Below are positions 11,712 to 24,400 of a stretch of 64,000 nucleotides of DNA, one piece after another. Within the stretch, counting starts at the first letter, position 1; the number at the start of each line of letters is the position of its first letter. Under the pieces are notes generated by a model, which was not told the origin of the DNA, did no database searches, and saw only the letters and a list, made by a program, of their open reading frames with translations. A program made the position numbers and the translations under genes. This DNA comes from Zygnema circumcarinatum SAG 698-1b (Eukaryota > Plantae > Zygnematophyceae): the NCBI GenBank assembly GCA_037447605.1, contig CM074805.1:682001-746000 (forward strand), read 5' to 3'.

Positions 11712-12086
11712 CCTTCCTAAATCCCAATGCTTAATGGCTCACTCGCCTCTCTGATTGAACTGCGGCCTTCAAATGCCTACGAAGGCGAGCGGGGAGAAAG
11801 ATATGTGTATATGTAGCGGGATAAAGCAGCAGGTTAGTTAAAAAACGGAAGAAAATTGTCCAAAGCTTCCCAGCCTGCTCCCTGTCCCAGAGGGAGGTAG
11901 AGTGTAAGCGAGGGATGGAAAGAAACTAAGCAGAGATTGCAGGATCATGACTCTTCAGAAGCCGCTGCTCCTCGGCATCACATGCAGCCCTGGTCCCCTC
12001 ATTCTCCCGAGCAGGCGGAGCCATGGCTGGCAGACCCACGACCTGCACTGTCCTGCACTCCTCCGATGCTTCTGGAAGACGCTTCG

Positions 12087-12095
12087 AAACCCTAA
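12087..12095 (+). promoter_or_regulatory. Telo-box (AAACCCTAA) in the GC-rich region upstream of the microprotein gene
   Basis: Exact motif in a promoter-like context; function is inferred from land-plant telo-boxes. Confidence 0.4.
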
Positions 12096-12948
12096 TTTCG
12101 TCCCTCCCCTCCTTCACCTTCGCCTTCGGCAGAACCGATGGGCGGATCCACATTTTGTACGGCTGCGCAGTTCAACTGTTGAACTGCGCACGTTGGAAAA
12201 AGTTCAACTTTGAACTCCATAGTGAAACCATGAATTGTGATTGCTCTCTATTCATGGTTTGTGTAATGCCCTCCTTGTTCTCTTAGATCAGATGTGACTT
12301 TTTGCCGCATATTTTTTCTGGTGATTTCTGGTCTATAAAATGCTGTCCTTCCTCTTTCGTATCAAAGTTTTTTTAGTTTCCATACGGGCTCGTGAGGTCA
12401 AGCTGGTATTCAAGAGGATCTCAATGTGATGAGCTCTCTATATTCATCGATTCTTTGCCATTGTGGGCCTCATTCTGTTAAACCATAATGACTGAAAGAG
12501 AAAGGACAGGGGTAACCACAGACCATCAGACGAGGTGGGGAGAGAGGGGGAGAGGGGGAGAGGGGGAGAGGGGGAGAGGGGGAGAGGGAAAGGGCCTCTC
12601 AGAAGGGCTCTGGCAGGTCCAGCTTGTTCACGAAGGGGCACATATATGAAACACTTTGCCTGGAAAAAAAATAACAGATACTCTGGTACATTTACTCTAA
12701 GACTACAAAGATCGCACAGTCTGAGGACAGCCCCGTTGACCTTCTTCAACTAAGCACATATATGTGCGTTGCTACAACTTATTCACAGGGAAAGATAAAT
12801 TAGATACACCTTTCCCTGCAAGAAAAGAATTGGAGCTCCCCCCATTTCCTGCTCCCATAATGAATGTTTACAAGTACGACCCTTTGAAACCGCGCGCCAT
12901 TCCCCATGCTGCCGATTGGATTCTCTATACAGATCCGTATTTTGCAGC

Positions 12949-15900
12949 TTAAAGCATTTTCTCAAACTTGTCTAGTCTCTGAATGCGCTTCATCTGCGTG
13001 AAAACGTATCCCGCCATGACACCTGCACCCGACAATGGAAAGATGAGACGCAAAGGTTGGGCCAACTCCCTCTCTTTCTTTTACTATGAGGGATTCCATC
13101 TCTCAAAAGGCACGAGTTGAATCAACTAGGAGGAACTTAAGACTGTACGATCGGAGCTCCTGTCTCTCTCCTCTCCCTCCTCTCCTCCTCCTCCCTCCAT
13201 GTCCATCTTCCATCTCCCTACCGCTTCCCATCCTAACATCCTCTCCCTTCCTCAATTTCTCGCTTATCTTTCCATCTCTCGCTCTCTCCCTCACCTCCCC
13301 TCCTTCCCCCCCGCCTCCTCTACCCAACCTGCCCCTGGTTGCCACGAACATAAGGCCATAGAACGCGGGAGAGAAGTCGAGAGAGGGAGAGAGTGCGACA
13401 AGAGCAGGACGGAGAAAGTGACGTCGAGGGTGGAAGGGAGGGAGAGAGGGAAGGAGAGGCCTATCTCACCTGCCAAAACAAAAGCAGAAGTGGCCGGCCC
13501 CATGACTCCTTGTCCCGAAAGCGTTACTCCAATGTTAAGCAAAGTCGCTGCAACAACCGTATTCATCGTTGCAACTTGAAGGATTCCCGCTCGCCGAGCT
13601 GACCTTTCAGCCTGAGCCAAACTCCACACAGAAACTAAGAGTCCGTTTGAAACACAATGCAATTTCTATCGCACACATTCAATTCGAATGAAGAAATGAA
13701 GACATTTAACCAATCAAGAACCCCATTTCGTGTTTACAGGAGGTATTCTTTAGCTTCTTATCAGGGCTCGTAAAATATTGAAGAAACGAAAAGAAAGGCG
13801 AGTCCTGCATATGCACAAAACCTTTCATTGTCGGCTTCAGGGTTTGAAGTGAAGGGCTCTATCTGACCTCCAATACACGGACCCGTAACTTCAAGTCTCC
13901 GGCCTCAAGCTGGCGGATGACGTCATCCATTCGCTGCACTCTCGTCGGCATCGCTACCGTCGCGTCACGCACCTGCGTCCTTACACCCCATTTATTAGAT
14001 CGAATTAAGCAAAAAAATAGGGCTATGCAAAGAATAGGGGCACGCGTCGCGATCAGTGGAGAGTATGGCAGACTTAGTTTGTAGCCGGATTACAATAATC
14101 ATGGTGGCATTTCTTTTTAAGTTCAGGAGATTTCCCCTTGCGCTCTCTCCATCTCACTCTCTCTCTCTCTCCCTCTCCCTCTCCCTCTCCCTCTCCCTCT
14201 CCCCCTCCCTCTCCCNNNNNNNNNNCCCTCTCCCTCTCCCTCTCCCTCTCCCTCTCCCTCTCCCTCCCTCTCCCTGGTTCCTCCTTACTTCTTCTGCCTG
14301 CTTCTGCAAGCGCTGGACAACATAGTCTTGTCCTCTTTGCGCATCGCGAACATCCAGCAGCTCCTGAAATAGAAATTGGGCAAAAAGTTATAATGGGAAA
14401 AGTGAAGCAATGAGTAGACTTCTACAAGAAGAAGTCGAAAGAGTCAGACTGCCAAAAAACACCCTGTAACAACAGATTCAATGAGAAGGAGAAGGAGAGG
14501 GGAGGAGAAGGAGGAGGAAAGAGGATGAGGAGGAGAGAGGATGAGGAGGAGAAGGACTTCGTTGCAAGAGAGAAAAATGGGCTGTTTGGTGACAACCACT
14601 CGTTCAACCTCGTCGTTCTCAATGAAGAGTTGACTTTACGAAGTAAGTGACTTTATGATCCGAGACACCACCATACCTGTGCATAAGGAGAGGCGATTCT
14701 GGGGAAGGAGAAGTCGGGATCCAACACCTTGCCGACACCTGGCAATGCATCATAGGCTCTCTCAGAAGGAGAATGAGATCAACAAAGCAAAAAAAATTGG
14801 AAAAGGGTTGAGAAGAGACTCAGAAAAAGTTGCCTCGAGTACTGGTGAAGCTTGAGAAGAGCCTTTTTTTCTTGGAGCATCTATCACGATAGTATATTCC
14901 TCCTTTTGCATGTGTGTTTCGGCGGAGAGAGACGCCGAGAAGCAAGCCAGAGGGAGAGGGCGCGGGAGAGTGGGAGAGAGGCAAGAGAGAGTGGAGGAAG
15001 GGAAAGGTGAGAGAGTCCCTACCTTCCAAAGTCGTAAAGGCTCGCAGAACAAAGGTGAAGGTTGCAGGAAAACGGAACGGCTGGTCCACAGCGATAGAAA
15101 ACAAATCCTGTGTGTGGAAAAACAAAATCTCATAAAATGTTCAGATTCACACATAAAATAGTTCAGCTACTTCACTTCAATCACAGTAACTACACCCACA
15201 ACCGTGTGAGCATTTCCATTACAAAAGCTGAAACTGATGAAGGTGAATGTGACAAAGACAAAGACATAACCCTAAAGCACCTACAAAAAGCCCAAAAAAA
15301 ACCTTAAGAATCCACCAATCCATCGATCGGTTTAACAATGGAAACTCACCTCTCCAATAGCTGAAATTGTTGTTTTCTGGTCAGCTTGGGGTCCGGTTAA
15401 ATTATTGAGAAAATATTGGATGGGGCGACGGACCTACACAAACACCAAAACAGAACCAAACCAAAACAACAAAAATTAAACGTTTTCTCCAATGCCCTTT
15501 TGTCATCATGCTCAGTTTTTCCATGTAGGGCTAGTTGTCACGTCACAGTTCGGATATAGGGGATATAAGGCTATAGGGGCACAGAGGTGCTGTGATGCAG
15601 AACAGAAGTAATAACAGAACGAGCAACACATAGAAAGGAGAAGCTGAAGGCGGCCGGTAGGCGAGAATGAAAGAGAGTGGTAAGTAAGCATGCGGAGGAA
15701 AGGAGAGAAACGAGAGAGAGAAAGGGAGGGAGAAAGCGGACAAGGGAGAGAGAGAAAGTTACGCACTGAATTCATGTCGCCAGTGGGTACGAGTGCTCCA
15801 AGATCAACCAACGAGTCGATCACCTAAAGAATCAAACAAGATATAGAAATAACAAGATATAGAAAGAAAATAACAAGAAAAACAAAGACATAGAAGCACA

Positions 15901-18900
15901 ATATGCGAATGAATGGCCAAAAGAAAGCGGAGCAAGAGGAAAATTCGGAGCATGAAAAGTTTTCAGATAGTGAGGTGGGCATTCCGATGCGGACCTTCTT
16001 CGAATCCTTCTCGTAGACAGCATAGAACATCTCCAAAAGTTTGTCCTTAGTGAACGATTTGATTTCCCCCATCATTCCGAAGTCGTAGTAAATGATCGAA
16101 TTGTCGCGATCCACCGCCAGATTTCCGGGGTGCGGATCCGCATGAAAAAATCCAGTCTTCAAAATCTGAAAAATACTCCAAAACAATCGAAAACCGAGTT
16201 CAGTTCAAATTTCCACCCTGAAATTTCAACAATCTTATTCTTCTAGAAAACAGACTTCCCTCTCAGAGAACCTCAACATGGTTTTTATAACATGCTAATG
16301 AAGTCCTTCCAGCGATTTTTTGTATTTGAAGAAGAAGCAGGTCAGACCTGGATAAGGTACGCCTCGATCGCATGCTGTGCCACCAAAGCTCGGTTTAAGC
16401 CCAAACTGTCAAGATTCTCCACATCGCTAATTTTCACTCCTGCTCCAACAACCGGCAACAATACCACAGAATTAGAGTCTCCAATGTGACGAGGGAGACT
16501 GGAGAGTTGGGGACATGGATGGCTGGGGGAGAGAAAGGAGGACATTTGGTAGCTTCTGACGGAAACATGAAATATAATTACCCAATCTAGAAAAAAATCG
16601 GGACAAAGCCACCTAAAGCTGAAGCTCAGGAGGAAAACAAGCAGAAATCAACAGATATTCAAGTAAGTTACACACTCTTCTTTCTCACACTCAAGTCAAT
16701 TGAGTTTTTCCTCTCCATCCTTCTCTCTCCCTCTCATCCTCTCACTCGCTTTCTGTTCTTCCTATCGTCTTCTCTTTTCGGTCTCTCTTTCTCTCCCTCT
16801 CACTCCCTCTCCCTCAATTCTCTCCTTCTCTCTCTCACAATCCAACCGATGCATTCAGGCCTCGGACACTGTCGTTTGAGTTCTTCTAGAAGTTTACCCA
16901 AATCAAAGAAGCAGCCATCAACATGGGAGGGGGAGGGGAGGGGAAGGGAGGAGGGGGGGAAGGGGGGAGGGGGAGTTCTCCCCTCTCCCTCCCCCTTCCT
17001 ACCCTCCCGAATGCGCATACAATGCCATGGTTGAAGACTGACAAAAAAGAGATTTTTGAAGCAGCACTGTGTTCACCCAATAAACCAAATAGCCTACACT
17101 GCATCTGCCCTCGGGAAAAGGCAAATTAAACAAAATGATCAAAAACACACCTGGACAGTATTCCATAGTCAGCACTCGGCGAGAGGTGTAGTCCCAGTAC
17201 ACTTTCGGAACTCGAACCCACGGATACTTCCGGAAATCCATCCGAAACCGATCCGAATTCCGGCCTTCATTGATATAGTCAATTTCCTGATAAAGAACAC
17301 TGCACAGATGACAAGGAGAGGCAAAACAATTAACTGCTCTACTCCAAAAATACAGAAGGAGGGTCCTTTTGCGATCACAACGATACGTGAGATCTATTGA
17401 TTCTGCGTAAGGATGACTAAATTGAGTCTTTCTGCGACCAAACATTGGTCACGAAGTGAATCGTTCAATTCCAGAGAACTTCTGCTGTCTTCAGATAACC
17501 ATATGACTAACTAGTTAGTCTATGTGACTAACTTTACGAAAATTCCGTCGACTTACGTTGCACATTCTTCATATATGCCGTTCCAATCACGAGTTGGCCC
17601 CCCCAGTGTTTCACTCTTTTGGAAGTAATCGGCAATGATCTTCAGGTTTCCTGCTCACCATAAAGGGGATAGGACACAAGGGGGAGAGAGGTGGCGAAGG
17701 AGTCGACAACTGGGAGGGAGAGGAGGAATGGTGGAGAGGAACAGGCAGGGATGGGTAAACAAAAGGACAAACGAGAAAGAGGGAGAATTGAGAGCGAGAA
17801 TGCCCACCAACATATATCTGACTGTCATGATCAGGCGAAACAAGGCCAAATTGAATACTCACCTAAATCGATATCGAAGAGTTCCTTCAGACCGGGTCGC
17901 TGCACCTTCACAACCACTCTCTCTCCGTTGTACAGGATTGCTCGATGTACCTGTCCCTCTCCATTTCCCCTACTTCTCAGCAACAAAATGGCGCTAGCAA
18001 CGTATAGAGTCGACTTTCTATAAACGAAGAAAAGTTCAACGAACCCAAATCTGCCTTCCCTCGTACACTTGCAGAAAAAAAACATTCGAGTTCCACAATC
18101 CGGCCGACAACCATAGAACAAAACATGCTTCAAGCCTGAAATACAACATGTGGTAAAAAGTCAAAATTCTCCCTTTACCTGGCCGAGGCTGGCAGCCGCA
18201 ATAGGCTGTCGCTCAAATTCGGCAAAAATGACATCAATTGGTGCCCCCAACTCCTTCTCTATCAAAGCAATCGACTTATCCGGAGTGAACGCGGGAACGC
18301 GATCCTAAAAAGACGATAAAAATTTCAACACAACAGCAGTCAAGAGCAGTTAGAAAAGCACAGAGAACGACGATGGAGCTCGATCCAATTAGCACACACT
18401 TGACTAGTAGATAGCTCGGTTGAAAACAGCGAAAGAGAGAAGCAGAGAAAACGACATGGAAGAGTCGACAGCTACAAGGGTCGTAAGAACACACCTGCAG
18501 CTCAGCTAATTCCTCTACAAATTCTATGGGCAGAAGATCAGAGCGTGAGGAAGACAATTGGCCCAATTTGATAAAGGTGGGGCCCAACTGAAGGATTGAC
18601 TCTCGCACCCATGCAGCAATTCCACGCCGTCTCTTTTTCTGTACCACTTTCCACAGGCGGGAAAGTAGAAAGTCAATACAAAGTTCCTAAAAACCACTTT
18701 TTAAATTGATCAACTGTGTTCTTTAGGTGCAAATTCATTAAGCGTAAGGCAGACGTGGAGGACGTTGACATCTCTGAAGGCGGCATAGGCGAGTCAAGCA
18801 AGGTAAAAAATTAAAGACTACCACTGAGAGCTTAACCTTCGGTCACAAAGGACGCAAAAACAAAGTGTGAAGCAAGCTGCAGGAAATCAGAGCGCTACTG

Positions 18901-19932
18901 CAATTTCATTTATTATCATCAATTAGTATTTGCCATGTTGCTATTGCCAAACCAAAGCATTCTGTACCGTCCATGCATTTAATGGTTTATTCAACTACCA
19001 GAACGGAGCGTGCTTGAAATTATCCTACACATTTATATTGCCAACTCCAGGATCACGTATGTCCAGTTCCAGAATGACTGTGGTTTACATGTGCCTTTGC
19101 CAAAAAACAAACTATCTGACAAAGGTCTCTTATTCTCGCGTCAAAAGAAGTCTTGATCCCAATAACTAGAATGAAGTTAAAACCGAAAGAGGGGGACCCA
19201 AAATGAAAAGATTTTTACAAATCTCACCTGCCTTTCCTCTGAGAAGCCCCCGACATAGCTCCACTTAGCATCCAATAAAAACAGCCGAGCCCTCAAAAGA
19301 AGCACGAAGCTCCATATGTCAATTGTTCTTTCTGTCTTATTGTAGTCGTCTTTCGCCCACTTAAACGCTGCATCAGAGGGCAACACCCTCAGCATCCTCT
19401 CCATTGGCTCCAACTTTGGAGGCGCCGTTAACCTTGTTGGAACCTCCTTTACATTCGGCGTTTTTGACAAACCAGAGGAGCTTTGGCCCAGCTTGCTTGC
19501 ACTCAATGGCATCGCCACAGACTTGACAAGCGCATTTCCTGCTCCGTTCACCGTTCGTTCCACAGTCATTCCAGATCGGCCATTTGCAGCCATGCCAGAG
19601 AGAGCTGAGCCATTTTTTCCATTCGAAACTGTATCAATAGCAGCGGCCCCAGCCGCTCCATTCTGTCCCCGTAGATTCTTCAGAGCAACTTCAATAGGTA
19701 CAACCCGAGATGTGCTCCCGTTTCCATTCGAACCTGCTGCCGGACCCGGTCTTCCCCCCACTCCAGGAACACGAGGGGGAGAAGCTACACATGTAACCCT
19801 AAGTCTGTCATAATCCCTACCAAGATCAGCCAGCAGTTGTGTTCCCATCCCCCTGGTCGACAGAGAGGAGGCGCTCCGAGCCCGCAGCCCGTCATACAAA
19901 GGAAGCACTCCCGACTGTGTGGCGGCAGCCAT
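12949..19932 (-). CDS. ABC1K7: Plastid ABC1-like atypical kinase, ABC1K7/SIA1 type
   Basis: VLPSDAAFKWAKDDYN...IDIWSFVL, LQLGPTFIKLGQLSSSRSDLLP, VVVKVQRPGLKELFDIDL, DYINEGRNSDRFR, FFHADPHPGNLAV...YYDFGMMG, EAGDLKLRVRVLE and the C-terminus LDKFEKML*. Confidence 0.93.
14152..14275. repeat. (CT)n/(CTCTCC)n microsatellite containing a 10-N assembly gap (14216-14225)
   Basis: Seen directly, inside an ABC1K7 intron. Confidence 0.95.
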
Positions 19933-20183
19933 GGTCCGGACAGATGCAGAATATTAAGCTGCAACTATCGGTTTGAAGTTACCGTTGATGAGAGAGAGGG
20001 CGCCCAGAGGAGAGAGGAAAAACCCTGAAACATGAGCGTGGTTCCGGAGACCTTAATTTCTGTCTGAAGGGGAAATTGGGGAGGCCATCAGCACAGGTCT
20101 TGGAAGCTCAGGGGAGCCCACGTGGCTCCACCAAATGGTGCCACATGTCATCCAGTACGTGAAGGAGAGCAGCCCATGTCCAA

Positions 20184-20311
20184 GTACGGAACTGGCGTGT
20201 CGTGGCCTCCTGTGATTGGCTGCTGAACTGTACGAAGCCTTGACCTTGTACGAAACTGGCGTGTTATGTCAGACTGTGATTGGCTGCGAGACTGTACGGA
20301 GTCTTGACCTT
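20184..20311. repeat. 64-bp tandem duplication in the ABC1K7 upstream region; each unit has a CCAAT box (gattgg) and GTAC cores
   Basis: Unit 1 (20184-20247) and unit 2 (20248-20311) align end to end: gtacg.aactggcgtgt...ctgtgattggctgc...actgtacg.ag.cttgacctt. Confidence 0.85.
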
Positions 20312-20397
20312 GCTTTCGGGCTCGAGTTGACATACCGTATCGCCATATCTCCACATCTCCATATCGCCGTATCGCCGTACCGAAGTTCTACCAGAGA

Positions 20398-21030
20398 AAG
20401 GCGTCGTCTGCAGACATTGTTCAGCTCGTTATGCGGACAATGACTCGCATGTTCCCCAAAGGGGTGGGACCTTCTCGCTAGACGGGCAGGTTGTCGCTGT
20501 TTAACTCAATGCTGAACGGGACGGTGAAACGGTTTCTATGCTGCTGCACCTGTCGCTCAACTCTGCGCATTGACATACAGTAGCTTGCTTACCATATTCT
20601 CCGACACTCACGAACAGCGTGCAAGGCAGCTAAAGTTGCTGGCCGTTGAAACAAATTCCACTTCTGCTTCGCCGAATGTACGGTCAGTTCCGTGAGAGAC
20701 TGCACCGGCCAGACGTCTCTTCCCACCTCCAGCCCCTCGACGACGGGACGCGGGATACATGCGGGTTACATGTCTAAGTTGAAGTTACAGTTACATTCAT
20801 GGGGCACATGCAACTGAGGAGCCAGTTGGCTCGATTCTTTTGCCGCCCCGGCAGCGTGCCGGCAGGCCAGCCTGTTACACGTGTACAATGTCGGCAGGAA
20901 ATGATTTCATCGTACGGCCGTGCTTGGTACCGTTGACCCAGAAAACGGGGGATTCTGACCTTAGGGAGGATTCTGATGAAGTAACTCTGTCTTTATCGAG
21001 GTTTTTAGTCGAAGAGCGTGACTTTACCGC
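20398..21030. repeat. Unclassified interspersed repeat R, copy 1 (uninterrupted)
   Basis: Colinear similarity to 26124-26361 plus 28245-28608, e.g. aaggcgtcgtctgcagacattgtt, gcatgttccccaaaggg, gtgcttggtaccgttgaccc, ctgtctttatcgaggt, gactttaccgc. Confidence 0.88.
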
Positions 21031-21487
21031 GCTGGACTGGACGGCAGATACGGTACCATACGGACGTCGTTTTTCGTCTTTTTTCGTTTTTAGTAGTATT
21101 TCTCCCACGGTACGGACGAACTATTGTGTCGGACATGCCCCAGAATTGACTTGCAGTGCCCAGCAGGCTCAATACGATACGACATTTTGCAATGAGATAC
21201 GATACAATACTGCATTCTAAAATGCGATACGATACGATATGAGTACGATATGATACGATACGAGGCAGGACAGCCTCGTATTGGACCTTGGATCCGGAAA
21301 AGACACGACGCCATGGCGGCGGGATCCCGGAGGCGGGCGGGCAGGAGGGAGGCTGGCGAGTGGCGAGGGGCGGCGGGAGACGCAGGGCCCTGCAATGCGA
21401 GTCTGCCGCTGTAGAGGGGAGGGAGGGATGGAGGGAGGGAAAGAAGGTTTCTGAGGCAGTGTGCTGTGTGCTCTTCATGACTCTGCG

Positions 21488-24400
21488 ATGACTGAAACGA
21501 CACCTGCAGCGCAGGGAATGCAGGAAAATGGAAGCTGGCCATGGCGGAAGGCCATATTGCTCGTCTTTATTACGGCTACTGTTCTGTGCCAGACGGTTTT
21601 TTTCATAGTGAAGCCTTTGGATTCCGTCCCGAAGGAGAAAAATGCTTACTTTACTGTTCTATGTGGGAACAGCAGGAGGGACGCAACCCTAGTCCTTGTT
21701 CGCTCGCTCGTTCAGACGGGAACACGCCATGACATTGTTGTGCGAGCCATGGGGGTAACAAAGGGCACCATTGACAGGCTGAGGCGCCTAGGAGCCAAGG
21801 TGGACGTTGTCAGGAAGCAGACTGCGCTTCCGGACAATGAGGCAGGAGCAAAAAACTCATTAAAGTACAATTACTGCAGGTAATTTTCTGGATAAACTTG
21901 CCCTGTGTAGGTTTCAAGAGGCTTTGGATTGGTTGTCGGATGCGCAATGCGAGTTTTGAACTGTAAACGGGCGAAGAAGACGTGAGAATGAAGGCTTTCG
22001 CCATAGACATATTGAACATTGCAATCAGGCTGCAGGCTTTAGTGCCAAAAAACTCAAGTTTTCGCTCACTCCCTCTGATTAGCTGGTTAGCTGATGGCAG
22101 CATTGCTATGGTGCCACACACGCAGGTGCCATTTTGAAGGAATTCTGTATCCTGTAACTTATTCGAAGTCCTTGTTTTGGAGCACGCAGGTTTTTGAAGC
22201 TGGCAGCATGGAGTATGGTAAATTATAGTAAGGTCGTCTACTTGGATAATGACATCCTTCCTCTCAGCAATATTGACGAGCTCTTTTTGCGGTCGAGGCT
22301 TGCAGCCACCCCTGAGGTGCTCTCACCGGACAGGTTTAACGGTGGCGTTATTGTCCTAGAACCCAATTTTGCAACTTACCAAGATATGCTAACGAAGGTA
22401 AAAAGACGCACACCTTACAGTACAAGAGATCCGGAAGGGGCGAAGCGCATTGTATGTCTGGATGCTGCTAGACATCGTGCTTCCATATCTTGTCAAATTC
22501 ATGGTCGCTACTTCCTTTCCTTTCCTTTCGCTAATCTTTCGCCGACAAAAATGAAATCGAGGAAGTCTGCTTGTCATCGAACTTGAGATTCAGACCGTTA
22601 ACTATGTGATTGGGTTAAGTGGTCAAAGGATTTCCAATGATAACAGCTACTTTCTACTTCACAGTCACCTTATTGAGTGTGTATTAAGTCTGTGCAAGCA
22701 TAACATGTGTTTAGTTGATTAAAGGATTGGATTGGCCCGGTTAAATCAGCACACGACTTGGACTTCGACCGCTGCTGCCTTTTATTGACACCTGTATAAG
22801 CCTCATGCTCCTTTTACGCTAAACATATTGACTCCTCTAGACTGGTGCACGGAACATTCCTGTGTATGATTTAAAATGTCAAGTGCTTAGTCTAAAAGTG
22901 GTTTCCAGGAGTGCACTGAGCAGCTCAACGATAGCGTTAACCGGTGTACTGAATCCTCTTGAGGCAATGGAATTGACAGCTAACTTCAAACCTTACCGAC
23001 AACGTGGATGAGTTCTTAAATAACTACTTCGCCTCCTGGAAATACGGAGGGAAGAATGCGAAGCTGGACCACATGTACAATGCCATGGTCTCATTGGCCA
23101 TTGCACCCGGATGGAAGACCTCTTTAGAACCAAATGTGAAGGTTCTGCATTTTCCAGGCACTGTAAAGCCCTGGACTAAGGTTAATGGTGAGGTACGGTT
23201 TGCAAATCCTTCCTCAACACAGGAAAACTGGTGCAATGTCGCTTACGCTTATGCTGTCCTTGCCTGATGGTTACTGCAGTACGTAGACCAACCTGCATAG
23301 TTGCGTAGGAGGCTCTGAATTTTTCTGGCACACGACAAGATCGTGAAATGACCCTTCACCCTCATTGGCCTTTTTGACGATTGTTTAGTGATTCGGAGGG
23401 GCTTAACATGCATGCTGATGGATGTTTCTTCAAGTTCAACACTCATCGAGATCGGGTGTGAATGGTTGCAGTTTCCTACAAAACAGCGGTACGATATTCT
23501 TTGGTGGCAGGCATATGACGATATGCAAAAAGCACTGGCACCAGCCACCCTAGGCTCATCAGAAAATCAATCCTTATCTACTCGGCAATCGCCGGAATGC
23601 AATTTTCAATTTATGGCATATACCAGGCAAGAATCCTGCTTCATGTCCGTAGTCTGTGTCTCTCTGTGTCTCTCTGTTGTTAATGGCGGCATGCGTAAAG
23701 GGCCCTTCTGGTGGGGATGACAAGAGTTGTGCGATCAAGTTCAAGTCTGTCTGCAGTAAGTTCTATAGTTAGAGTGAGAAAAGGGTTTGTCATCAGGTCT
23801 GCGGTACAGGAAGGAGGTTCCACCTGTTACATGCTGCATCTTCCTTATTCAGGGAGACCAGTTTCATATCATGAAGGTTTAGATATCACCTTCAAGTTCT
23901 GGGTTGGAAAGTCCTCCCTCAGCAAGGTTTGATACTATTATGTTTTGCCTTTTTTCAAGTCGGTTAAGGCAAGAACATGTTTTTTAATCCTCGTCTGTTG
24001 TGTTGCGCAGGGGAACTATTGTGACTGGAAAGCTGAGTGTTGTTATGAATGTTTTCAACCGTTTAGATTCAGCAAAGACTCTCATAAAATGGTATGCTAA
24101 ACTGAGTTTCGTCCACAAAATTTACATTGTCTGGGGGAATCCTTCTATCCTGCCTCTCCATAGCTCTTCCTATAATGTCAAAAAACCCATTGAGACCCTT
24201 TATTCTGGTATCGACAGCCTGAATGACCGCTTCAGACCCATTGAGACATTGGAGACTGAGGCAGTCCTTATTTGTGACGACGATATTGAAGTACAGGCAG
24301 GTGCACTTAAGCTAGCCCTAAAGGTATGGGGGGAAAACCCATATCGCCTTGTGGGCTTCTACCCTCGAGCACATTATCGGCAGCCGGATACTAAGAAGCT

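Noticed and set aside
12764-12952. Pro-rich plus-strand ORF (GKDKLDTPFPARK...)
   Set aside because: Antisense to the ABC1K7 3' end, with no linked upstream exon and no recognised family.
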